Assembly: GCA_004022145.1 (NCBI GenBank)
Contig: RCNU01000002.1
Reading direction: 5' to 3' (one strand)
DNA length: 64,000 bases
Origin: Paecilomyces variotii
Taxonomy: Eukaryota
Shown here: one piece after another, positions 1 through 11,119 of the stretch
Position numbering within the stretch: the stretch's first letter is position 1
Layout of the letters: every line of letters begins with the position of its first letter
Made by a program: the position numbers and the translations under genes
The notes under the pieces: generated by a model
Database searches by the model: none
What the model was told of the DNA's origin: nothing
The model's input: only the letters and a program-made list of their open reading frames with translations

Positions 1-83
1 CTCTCCCCTTAATACATCAAATAGGTAGTTGACGCTTTTCCTAGTGAACAGTTCACAACAATAAGTACGTTTTAGCAACCACG

Positions 84-1208
84 ATGGTTAGCTCATTCAA
101 TCGTCTTCCACTGGACGTGTGGATCATTATACTTCGATACGCGCCAGATCTTCCAACGATATATAAAATTTATCTGTGCTTCCGCGAATGCAAGTGCAGC
201 TTTTAAAATCGACTCACCTCATATTTTGAATGCTTCAATAGAGCGCTCAATCCCAGGCTTTAAGCATGAAGCTCGTATGGTTGCTATTCTAGGCACATTT
301 TTAGCGTCATCATCAAATTCCACCTTCGAAAGCCTAGTCCATGCGTACAAAAGTCACCCGAAAGAAGTTCTTTCAACAACTCCAGCATCTTGTGCATTTA
401 TGAGAGGAACACCAGGCCCTCGCTACCTAGTGTTAACAGCATACCGTATAGAGACTCTTCAACATATATGCTTCATCTCTCTTCTCCATAACATCCATGA
501 AGCTTTATGGCCCGTTCTGCCTACCGTAATACAGAGATTCATAATGACTCCATCAAAAAGTCTAAGGCTGGTATCGATTTCCAGGCTGTTGCATGGTGGT
601 CTTTGTCCGGGGTTGAAAAGTCGCGAATTACGCGGGCATATTGGAATATAATTATTTATTGGAATATTCAGGAAATCTGTCCCGATCTGACGACAACAGA
701 TGATGGTGATTTTTCAAAATACAGGGCAACAATCAAGCGCATCGATCCATATTTTCGACCGTATTCATGCAAGAGGTTTTCAACGAATCCAGTTGAAGAG
801 ATGAAGTGTGTACTGGCCGCTACTCGTGATTTCTTGAGCTTTCCTCATGATTCGCGCTTATTTACTCCATTAACGATTCGCCAGTCTTCTAAATTCGGGC
901 TTGAGAAATGGGTATTTACTACTGTTTTTCAAGAAAACCCGTGCGGGAGGTTTGAAGAACGAAAGCCGGTCAAGGGGTACAGACTTGGATTTCATATCGT
1001 TGCTTGTTTGAAGAAAAGGAGAAAACTTGCAAAGGAATTTTCCTCAGGCCATTCAAATTCGAAGCCGGGCCACGACGATCAATTTATAGACTACCTTGGA
1101 ATATGCATCTGGGACAAGCAACGACCTGATTGGGTTGCATTGGGATCAGTATTCTATTTGAGAAATACCCAGGTCCGTGTCTGGACTCGTTCTAGGGCTA
1201 TTAGATGA
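84..1208 (+). pseudogene. Frameshifted gene relic with F-box-like N-terminus (fungal hypothetical family)
   Basis: ATG at 84 gives MVSSFNRLPLDVWIIILRYAPDLPTIYK (F-box-like LP-x-D-V-W-x-x-I). A frameshift near the A-run at ~165 is needed to join the 226..651 frame, and a second near ~505 to join 507..1208 (WWSLSGVEKSRITRAYWNIIIYW). No clear intron explains either shift. Confidence 0.5.
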
Positions 1209-2359
1209 CCCCAAGAAGCAACTGTTATACTTTTAAATACAGCAAATACCGACAGCAGGATGTATACCCACGATAGATAGTTGGACTACCACAACCTTCG
1301 AAAGACTTGGAAGCCCGTATGCGAGAATGCGAGTCTTACATCTAGTATAATAGTACCATGATTCTGATGACTCTTTGATCATGACGAATTGGAACACATG
1401 ATTTGTCTATGATAATCCTCTAATGATAACATAGCCGTGATTGACTCTGCCGACTCTCCTGCTCCGAGAATAAAAGGCTCGTTTGCAACGTATATGCTAC
1501 CGATGGAGGTAGTCGCGTCAGGGGGTAATTCCAGCGTCATTGGGATGACAATGGTTTATATCCATGGCTTCAATGGGGAGTAACTCGGAGCTTACTGCAC
1601 AGATCTATAGGAGTCATCATACGGTAATAGGGCATTTCACCAACCACATACTCTTCTAACTCTGAGACATCGAGCAATATAACACACAAAAAAGTAAACT
1701 GAAAGATTATATACACAAATACCTCTTCTTTGTTCGAAGTATAAGGAAGGCTGTGGATTATTTTCTCACAAAACTTGGTCACATCTTGGTTCGGCCAGAT
1801 GAGCGAGTCATAACGGAGAGGAGAGTAGAAATGAGTACATAGTAACGAATCAAGATCGTGAAAGGATCTGCAGGGTCCTTCGTAGGACTATGAGGTGGGC
1901 GCTGAGATTATTATGTGAGACAATCTAGCATCGTCTTATGCGAGAATTTAAGGAATATAAAATATATATAATTCGAGAAATACCCGCGCGGAATGGTACT
2001 CAAGTTAGTAATGATGCGCGGAGAATGAGTAAGTACAACAATACATCGAATGCTTTATGTGAGAAGTCAACAGTCTTCCTCGTCCTTGAAGATTTCTTCC
2101 AGTGCAGCTGAATATTATCTAGAGTCCTAGGATACGTGAAAAGAAGCCAGAGTTGCGTGGAACAAAAGGTTCGTGAAGTTCCACTCATTCCTGTGCTACC
2201 TGGTTGTTCCGCTCCACCAAGAAGCCACTTCGCCCCAACGCTGACTTACGCGCAGGGCGCGACGATCTCCATCACACCTCAGCGAAAACATAACTGTCCT
2301 CGCCCCGACAGTTAAGTAACGACGACTTTGAGAGTGTCGTTGCTTCGAGACGCTCAGAT

Positions 2360-3990
2360 ATGTATATTCTCGAGGTGAGATTCTCATTGGAAAGCTGATC
2401 TGTGAAGATCTGGCTAACGTGTTATGCTAGCAACTGGCGCGGCTTCTCGACCGCCCGCTCTTCCCATGGAAGAGCGTCCTGGTTGGATTTTCATTAGGAC
2501 AGTTTGTTCTTGAAGGACTGCTGTCTCTTCGTCAGTATAAGGTTCTGCAGCAGACCAAGCCCCCGAAGGTGCTCGAGGGCGAGGTGTCGCAGAAGGTCTA
2601 CGATCAGAGTCAGGTATGGGATCCAGGAAGCCTCGGAGTCGTGCCATTCGAGCTGGATGTTGGAGGTTTACTGGTGATGATACTAACTATCATTGAAAAC
2701 AGGCATACGGTCGCGCAAAAGCCAAGTTTGGATTCATCTCCGGTCTCTACGGTCAAATTCAAAACCTCGCCTTCATCTACTACGATGCCCTGCCTAAGAT
2801 TTGGGGGTTCACTGGTCTCTTGCTTGCACGGTACTTTCCCGATCGATTCCAAGGTGAAATATCACACACGCTACTGTTCTTCTTCGCCTTCAATATAATC
2901 ACCACCCTCTTGTCGCTTCCCGTATCGTACTACAACACCTTCGTTCTCGAGGAGAAGTTCGGTTTCAACAAGCAGACAGTCAAGCTCTGGGTGACGGACA
3001 TGCTTAAGGGTCAGCTGCTGGGTATCGTCTTGGGTGGCCCTATCATCAGTGCTGTGCTCAAGATCGTCCAGAAGACGGGCAACTCGTTTTTCTACTACCT
3101 CTGGCTCTTTGGTATTTTCGTCCAGGTCTTCGCTATCACCATCTACCCTATCGTGATCCTGCCTCTGTTCAACAAGCTCTCGCCCCTGGAACCCGGTGAA
3201 CTCAAGACTGGAGTCGAGAACCTGGCAAAGAAGCTGAGCTTCCCCCTCCAGGAGCTGCACGTCATCGATGGCAGCAAGCGGAGTGCTCACAGCAACGCCT
3301 ACTTCTACGGTTTGCCTTGGAAGAAGCACATTGTTATCTATGATACCCTTATCGAGAAGAGTGAGCCGGAAGAGGTCGTTGCTGTCTTGAGTCACGAGCT
3401 TGGTCACTGGAGCCTGAGCCACACCACAAAGCTGTTTGGTATTGCTCAAGTATGTGTTCAACAACTAACTGTGCTCGTATCCCATTTGCTAATTATGATA
3501 GTTCCACATGTTCTACATCTTCGCGCTATTTTCGGTTTTCGTGAACAACAAGTCATTGTATCAAGCATTTGGTTTCCACGATGAATATCCTATCATGATT
3601 GGATTCCTCCTCTTCTCCGATGCTTTGGCACCAATGGACGCCGTGGTCAAGCTCTTGATGAACATTCTGAGCCGGAAGTTCGAATTCGAAGCTGGTATGA
3701 CTAATTTTAGCTTCTTCTTCACTCCCGTTCCCCTAGAACTATGCTGATAGACAACAGATGCCTTCGCAGTCAAGCTCGGTTACTCGCAGGAACTTGCGCG
3801 ATCGCTCCTCAAGCTCCAGATTCAAAACCTTAGCACCATGGATGCCGACTGGATGTACGCTAGTTACCATTACTCCCACCCCATCCTTCCCGAGCGACTC
3901 GCCGCCCTTGGCTGGAAGGGTGGAAAGGTCACCAGCGCCAAGAGCGAAGACAGCGAGAAGCCCGTCAAGGCTTCTGATCGTGAATTGTAA
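2360..3990 (+). CDS. STE24: CAAX prenyl protease 1 (M48 zinc metalloprotease), 5 exons
   Basis: Spliced start MYILE|QLARLLDRPLFPWK; IDGSKRSAHSNAYFYG, HELGH (HEXXH), SRKFEFEAD and YHYSHP motifs; GT-AG introns ~2375-2430, 2614-2703, 3449-3500, 3694-3758; stop TAA at 3990. Confidence 0.97.
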
Positions 3991-4212
3991 ACGGACATTG
4001 TGTGCTTTTATCTAGTGGGTGTTAGGGAGCGGTTGCTTTGCGGATCGAGGCTATTTGTACGTCTAATATAGAACGTAGAGATTGAATGATGAAAAGAAAA
4101 GGCTCCTTACTGACTCCCAAAACGCCATGCCCATTTTTTCCCGGTCCCATCTAAACGATTTTTTTAAACCCCCATGCAAACACAACATCTACAACTGTAG
4201 ATACCGAACCCT

Positions 4213-4731
4213 TTACTCTTCCTGCTCAGCTCCCTTTGCTTTTGCGCGCTTCTCGGCCAGTCTTCGCTCCTTCTTCTTCCGTTTGCGTTCTTCCTTATCG
4301 ACAGCAGGCTCCTGGGAGTCCTGCACATCCATCTGATCGTTCTCCTCGGCCTCGTATGCGTCAGCTGGGCCCCCTTCTTCATCCGCTTGCTGCCATTTCT
4401 CCTTGTCCACCCAACCCTCTTTAGTACCATCTGCTTGCTCTTCTGTCTGTGGCTCTGTTTCCAATTTTGCAACTGTCAGGTCCCTCCCAAGAACTTCACC
4501 AGCCAGACCGGCCTGTACACGCTTCAAATTGTGCAGGATGAGGTTGGGAGCTGCAGAGGTCGTGCGAGAGACGGGACCACGTTCTGAGATAACTGCATTA
4601 GGCTGGAGGGCAGGATCCGTATTGGCGCGGTCGAGGTAAGCGGCGAGAAAGTCGTGCGCTGCGGATTGCGAAATGGGCTTTGTGGAGAGGATGGTGGTAG
4701 GAGGGAGAGGAGAAGGTCCTTGGGTCGACAT
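4213..4731 (-). CDS. RPA14: RNA polymerase I subunit A14-like protein
   Basis: 172-aa intronless ORF; AHDFLAAYLD...LHNLKRVQAGLAG resembles the A14 family core (F-L-x-x-F/Y-I/L-D...LKR-I/V-Q); Lys/Arg-rich nucleolar-type tail. Confidence 0.7.
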   Translation of the reverse strand: MSTQGPSPLPPTTILSTKPISQSAAHDFLAAYLDRANTDPALQPNAVISERGPVSRTTSAAPNLILHNLKRVQAGLAGEVLGRDLTVAKLETEPQTEEQADGTKEGWVDKEKWQQADEEGGPADAYEAEENDQMDVQDSQEPAVDKEERKRKKKERRLAEKRAKAKGAEQEE

Positions 4732-5257
4732 TATGTGATGTTGAGATTCTCTAACTATGCGCTGCTTGTGCCTTTTTGCAAGATATCGTGTCTTTCGACG
4801 AGAGTATGTATAGGTGGTGTCGGAATCAAATTTTGTTGCGAAGCAAAGAAAAAAAAAAGAGAAAGTTCCGACTTCAAGCGGTCGTACAAAGTCGAAGGAT
4901 ATTAAAAATAGCTTGCAGAGTTATGGATTCCCCCGCCTTTAGAGTCGTCAGAAACGAAAATGTCAACAATATAAAAAAAAGGTAGAAGAAAACGATGTAC
5001 AAATTCGCGCTGTAAGATTATCTCCAACTTTTTTCCGGGCCCGTGCAGTGCGGCTCAAAAGGTTAATTCTCTGCCCGGCCGGACGCATCAATCAACTTCC
5101 AGCAGGCCCGAGCAGTACCGCCTTATTTGGCTGACAGGAATCTATCTACTCTGTCAGGCCAGCATACTATTTTGCTGATATTGTGTTGTTAATTCCTGTT
5201 CTTCTTTACTCCCAAGGCTTCACAGTTGAACCCGGTTGCTCGACTGCCTTAATAGCC

Positions 5258-5791
5258 ATGCTCTGCCTCCGTTGCTCGAGGGCGCTGCCCTCGGCCTTCA
5301 ATGCGTCGAGTCGAATTACGGCGCAGTCACAGATCATGAGGTATGTTCCATATCATTGATAGCAAGATCTACGATCCTGCGCAATATACGCCTCGAGCAG
5401 AGGATGATACCCGAAAACCACCGCCCCGACTAACACGATATCCAACATCAACAGATTCGCGTCTCCAACACCATCCGCTCGCACATTTTCATCACTCCTC
5501 ACCAACCAACGACCAGCTCTCCCTATTCCTCGTGCTCATTCTCCGATCCTTTCTTCTCTCGCTACCATTTCTGCGAATACCATTACTACCCCGTCTGCCA
5601 CATTGGCATTGGCTCATCAAAGCCGATCATTCTCCGCTTCCGCTTCTCTTGGTGCTAAGCGAGACACCTATAACCCCTCGCGGAGGGTTCAGAAACGTCG
5701 CCATGGATTCCTCGCTAGACTACGATCGCGTGGTGGGAGGAAGGTCTTGCTTCGGAGACGAGCAAAGGGGAGGAAGTTCTTGAGTTGGTAG
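5258..5791 (+). CDS. MRPL34: Mitochondrial ribosomal protein bL34m, 2 exons
   Basis: Presequence-like [14 protein letters not shown], intron ~5341-5454, C-terminal [44 protein letters not shown] is a canonical L34 domain. Confidence 0.93.
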
Positions 5792-6751
5792 ATGGTGGAG
5801 ACTGGGATCGGATGGAATATCCAAGCAAGCTGAAAGGAGGGATTGGTCGAAGATGCATGGATAAGGATAGATATCTTTGCTTTCCTTTCTTCTGAAACAA
5901 ACTGAAAGGAAAAGAGGGGAGGGGGGGGGTGGACACAGATATGTCACATTATACTGTATCATACATATGAATATCAAAGAATCTCGTCTTGTGTTACGGC
6001 GAGGTATGCCATGTTTTCCATTGAATCTTGATTATCTGGTGGTTCGGCTCTCCCGCGCATGAAATGCGTCTGTTATGCTGTCGAAGAGTATTTGCTTGTG
6101 CTTGCTTCTGTGTCGTTTTGTTTGATATGGTATGGGGACAAAGCCAGCTACGTAGTGAGTGTCTAGTCCTCTTGATGGAGATTCCATTCTATACTCGTGC
6201 TAAACGAGGACGGCCTACTGATGAATGCATCTTGCAGCATACCTAATGATGGAGGAGCACTAGGACATAACTGAAGTAAAGGGCTGGCGTCGTTTTTTCT
6301 CTTTTTTCTATGTTCGACGTTTTCATCACATACATACAAACGGGAAAAAAAGTATCTTGATTTAGATCCGACCAGTTCATAACAAAGTACAGCAGAAGGG
6401 TCTACGCGAACCCCCTCTACCGCCGTTATTCGTCATCGTCTCATCCACTTAGCTTCCTCTCTCTCTGACAACGCCCAGGCGCCTCCCCTGTGCAATGCAT
6501 GCAGCTACTTCTTACCCAAGACGGCAACGACGCAGGGAATGTCCGTCGCGTTGTTCATTGCCGCTAGATAAGGGAGTTGGGGTATAATCGACTTTTGTTG
6601 GCATTCCCTTCTTTCCATCTTTTCTCATTCGTCACATCTACTCGGAACTCCTTGTCACAGGGTTGTGGCGCAGAATCTGCTGAATAGCAGTCCGCTAGCC
6701 ACAAAATGACAAGAAGATGAGCAGCATACATTGTTAATAGATCGAAAATAT

Positions 6752-8428
6752 TTAGTCAATGATAGGCTCAAGGGTGTTTCCACTGGAGAATCGTTAGTAT
6801 GTGCTCTTTTCATTGAGTGAGTAAATGAGGTACTTACGCAACAATGTTGGCCCATCCGATCAGACGCCAGTGCCTGTCAATTCTTCGGCTGATGGCGATC
6901 TTCTCGCCGATCTCGGTACAAGCCGGGCTGGTCAAGCTCAGCTTGGCAGCATCAGCCTTGACACCCATGACCTTAGCACCCGTGGCAGTAGATCCAATGT
7001 TAACCATGAGAACCTCGTTCTTGGACAGCTTGGCGACCTTGGCCTGCTTGCCGTCGGCGGTCTTGACACCAAGCAGACGACGAAGCAAGAAGTAGTTGAC
7101 CTCGAGCTCAGTGTAGATGGCTGGCAGACGGCCCTTAAGACCGAGGACGAAACCGACGAGACGGTCAGCACGGCAAAGGGTAGGGTCGACACGAGTTCCG
7201 ACACCGATTAGACCACCAGGGACGGCGAACTTGAGGTCATTGTGCTCGGCGAAGAGAGACATGACGCGAGAGAAGATGGGTCTACACTGAATCTTGCCGT
7301 TCGCATCCTTCGTCACCAGACCAGGACGGATCTCGATCTCGTCGTTCAGCTTCAAAACACCAGTCAGAATGGAACCACCAGCGACACCACCCTTGAGCTC
7401 ATCAATCTCAGCACCAGGCTTGTTAACGTCGAAAGATCGAATGACGATCATGTGAGGAGCAGCCGTGAAGTCTCGGAGGGGAACAGGGATGTGCGAGACA
7501 AGGTGCTCGTTAACGGCGTCAATGTTGTACTTCAACTGGGCAGAGATGGGGATAATAGGGGAGCCATCAGCAACAGTACCCCTGATGAACTTCAGGATGG
7601 ACTGGTAGTGTTGCAGAGCACCCTCTTCCCGCATCAGATCGACCTTGTTCTGAAGGATAATGATGTGGCTCAGCTTCATGATCTCGATGGCAGCCAAGTG
7701 CTCCGAGGTCTGGGGCTGAGGGCAAGTTTCGTTTCCAGCAATCAGCAGAAGTGCAGCATCCATGACAGCGGCACCAGACAACATGGTACTCATCAGAATA
7801 TCGTGTCCCGGGCAGTCAACGAATCTTTAACGCCATGTATTAGCATTTTATCTTCCCCACACATGAAAAGTTCAAGATCCACTTACGAGACATGTCTGAG
7901 CAATCTGTACCGTCCAGTGCAGCCTTCTCTCTCACATGGCGGGTCGACCTCCTTCTCACTCTTGTAACTCTTGTAGCAAGTCGGACGAGGGCAGGCCTCG
8001 TTGTCGCACTTGTAGATCTTGGCATTGGCATAACCCAGCTTGATGGTGATGTTTCGCTCCAGCTCGTTCTTGAAACGGACAGTCTGCACCTCAGAGATAG
8101 CCTTGACGACCGTCGACTTTCCGTGAGCGACGTGTCCGATGGTACCAATGTTGATCGTGGCCTGGCGCGCAATGATCTCGGGCGACAGAGGCGTCAAAGT
8201 CGTCAGGTCGAGGGTCTCTGGATCCGGCTGAGGTGGCAGCTCTGGGCGCTTGATCTGGGGAGGAGGCGGTAGTGAAGAGCCCTTCTTCAGGGCCGACTTG
8301 AGGGGCTTCTCGGTCGATTCCTCGTGCTCGAGGGGTTCCTGGTCCTCGATGTCATCGTGGCCGTTGGCGTCGATGACGGGGGAGCCGGGCTGCGAATCTT
8401 CGTCTGAGAAGTCACCGTTGGTAGCCAT
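6752..8428 (-). CDS. GCD11: Translation initiation factor eIF2 gamma subunit, 3 exons
   Basis: [27 protein letters not shown] and SAQ GTPase motifs; ends [20 protein letters not shown]; introns ~7827-7885 and ~6784-6837. Confidence 0.98.
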
Positions 8429-9016
8429 GATTGCGATGTGAGAGTCACGTTCAGCAACGGCCAGTGTTGGGTGTGGGAAATAGGGTAGGTGACTGGGCGT
8501 GTCGTGACGTTGAAAATTGCAGTTAAGGCCGGAGGCGATATGATATGGGTTTGGCGGTGGGGTGCCGATTTGTGCAGTGGAGTGTGGGCGGCGAACCTTT
8601 TTCCCTGCGCTGGACGCCGTAGGGTGCAATAGCACAATATATCACCAAGACTACTGGGGAGTTCGGAAGAAGACAGCAGAAATTATTGACTGCTGAAATC
8701 TATATACAAACATAATGTCCTGTCAATCCTTTTCTACCACACCCTCCCCCAGCATCAGGACTAATAGGCGAGTAACAATAGTTAACCGACCAGGCACTGA
8801 CTCACATGTAGCCATAATTCTAAACAGCGCAGATACCAGCCATATATTATGGCAACATACTTATTCTCTTAGCAGGCAGTAATATACTGACTGATGTGCA
8901 GCTTGAGTTACTATTTTTCCAGGTAATGTACATTCATTCTATAAGAAGTGATGCTTTTACAACGTGGGGTATACTTTTTGGGGGTCTCAATGCAACATAA
9001 TATCTCGTCACGACTC

Positions 9017-10606
9017 CTACTCTGACTCTCCATCACTCTCATCACTGCTTGCTTCCTCGACTTCTTCCTCGGATTCGAAATCTGAGTCGTCAGTAGCTGA
9101 CGGGTCATCAAACTGTCGCATCACAAAAGCTTTCAGGCAAGTGATGCGGTTTCCGGTCTCGTAAGTGCCCAGGAGCGTTCCAACCTGCCGTGGGCTCGGA
9201 GCATCCTTCTTGGATTCCTTCTTAGACTTCTCAGTCTCTCTTGTCTTCAGATCCTCCTTTGCAACCAGCCATATACGGACTGCGCCATCGCTGCCGCCAG
9301 TGACGACGGCGAGGCTATCCTTGAATGCCCCAGGACCGTCTAGCTCCAGGATCTCGAAATCCTTGACACGTCCTGAAAGGCCGGACGGCTTCCCACCGAA
9401 TTGAGCGATGACCACTGCATCGGGGATTTGCTCTTCACCATCCTCGTTCTTAGACTTCTGAGTAGTCTTCGTCGAGTAAAAAATCACCCTTCCATCTTCC
9501 GTCGAGACTGCTAGGACCTCGTCTCTACCCTCTTTCGATTGGTTAACAGTAACATAACTGATATCATGGAGCTTGGTTAATGGACTTGGCAACAGTTTGC
9601 ACTTTGGTGTTGAGTCCTGCGGAACAGTTAGTTAAGAGACGTCCTGCTGGGGAAGCATCGATGAAGAAGTTACCGTTCCAAACACGACAGCACCCCGCTC
9701 GAAAGCAACAGCGAATTCTTCTCCCTCTGCATTCCACACAATCCTCCTGCCTTCCCCTGTTGCCCATCTACCCTCCTTCACACTCTGTAGAATGTCTTTT
9801 CCAAAGTTGAGCACACCAGCCTTCTTTCCCGTAACCAGGTTCCAAAGTCTCATGCATCTCTCTCCTTTCCCTACACTGAGCATCAACTTCATACTGGGAT
9901 GTACCGCAAAGTCATTGATGCCAGATGGAGACGCTCCAGGAGGGGCTGTATCCCCGCTAGGTCGACCCTGTGCCTTTGGTCGGGGAGCCTTGATTGTGGA
10001 TACAACCGACCAGTCTCGGGTCTTAGTGACAGAGATTGTATTGTCTTCTGCACCGGCCAAGAGTTTGGAGCGGGACGGAAAGTAGAGAGCAGAGATATTG
10101 GCGGAGTGGTGTAGCAAAGAACCGAGTTCGCGATTTTTTGGATTCTCCAGGATCTTGTTCCCCGCCAAGGTTGGCACAGATGGAAATTTGTCGTTCACCA
10201 GCGGAGGCGACACCGACAGGGTATAAAGATTGATACGTTCATCGCTACCACCGCTAGCGAGAATGACCTTCTGCGGCTGTGAGGGATCTGGTTCCGGCAA
10301 CGGAGATATTGCCAGAGAACGAACGGCCGAAGCGTGGGCATGGAAGAGGAAAGTATCAGAGAATTGTACAGATGGTGTGCCCGCTGAAGTGTCAGTATTG
10401 TCCTCAGAGGACAGCGAGAGACCAGCCGTGAAACCGTGAAGAACTCGCTCATACGAGCCAGTCACGATCTGGAGGGTGATTACTGGCGCAGACGGCTCAG
10501 CGGTTGATGACTGGTGTTCCGGAGCAGTCGTGGCTTTGATGGCTTTTCGAGGGCTGTCAACCGAGGAGCCATCCTTGGCGGCATTGTCTCTCTTGCGCTT
10601 GGCCAT
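9017..10606 (-). CDS. MAK11: 60S ribosome biogenesis WD40 protein Mak11, 2 exons
   Basis: QIVTGSYERVLHG, FLFHAH, LASGGSDERINLY, INDFAVHPSMKLMLSVG, GRVKDFE, ETGNRITCL; intron ~9617-9673 joins the two listed ORFs. Confidence 0.93.
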
Positions 10607-11119
10607 TGTTGTGTCTATTGGAGCTGTCCAATGTCCCGGACGCAGGCCTGATACACTTCTTCTATCATATCAACTTTTTTTGTTGCGATGGCCGATGGAG
10701 CTAGACCGTGATCGTCGGGCTGGGTCCGGGATCCGGGGAAAGCGAAGTTCCGAGATAAAATTCCTCAGGCCGCACTCAGGCAGCCAACTGGCCGAACGCG
10801 GCTGCCTTGGCTTTCTCGCTGCCTCAGGCGCCACCGCATCCCTTCCTTCCGGTTCACTTTGCGGTCTCCCTTCCCTAAGGCTGCTGCGCGCTGCCCCCCC
10901 CCGGCACTCACCAGTGTCACTACCACCACCATCTGCCCTCACCCCATCAAAACCCCCCTGGGAGAAATCCTCGCGTTTGGCCTTTCGCCGTCCCATAACA
11001 CCACCACCCCATCCATTCCATCCTATCTGAGCGATTTTTTCGATTCGAATGTTATCGCTCTCTTCATTGCCCTCGCTTTCCGCGCGTTAATCGGATGTTG
11101 TGTGGCCGAGATAGACTCG

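Noticed and set aside
2871-3464. 197-aa minus ORF and similar long antisense ORFs (7242..7967, 14482..15243, 17672..18166)
   Set aside because: Antisense shadows of codon-biased genes (STE24, GCD11, EAF1, SPP2); no motifs of their own.
8429-8635. N-terminal extension of eIF2-gamma in the ORF track
   Set aside because: Begins at a non-ATG codon in the promoter/5' UTR; MATNGDF at 8428 has good context. A non-AUG extension cannot be supported from sequence alone.
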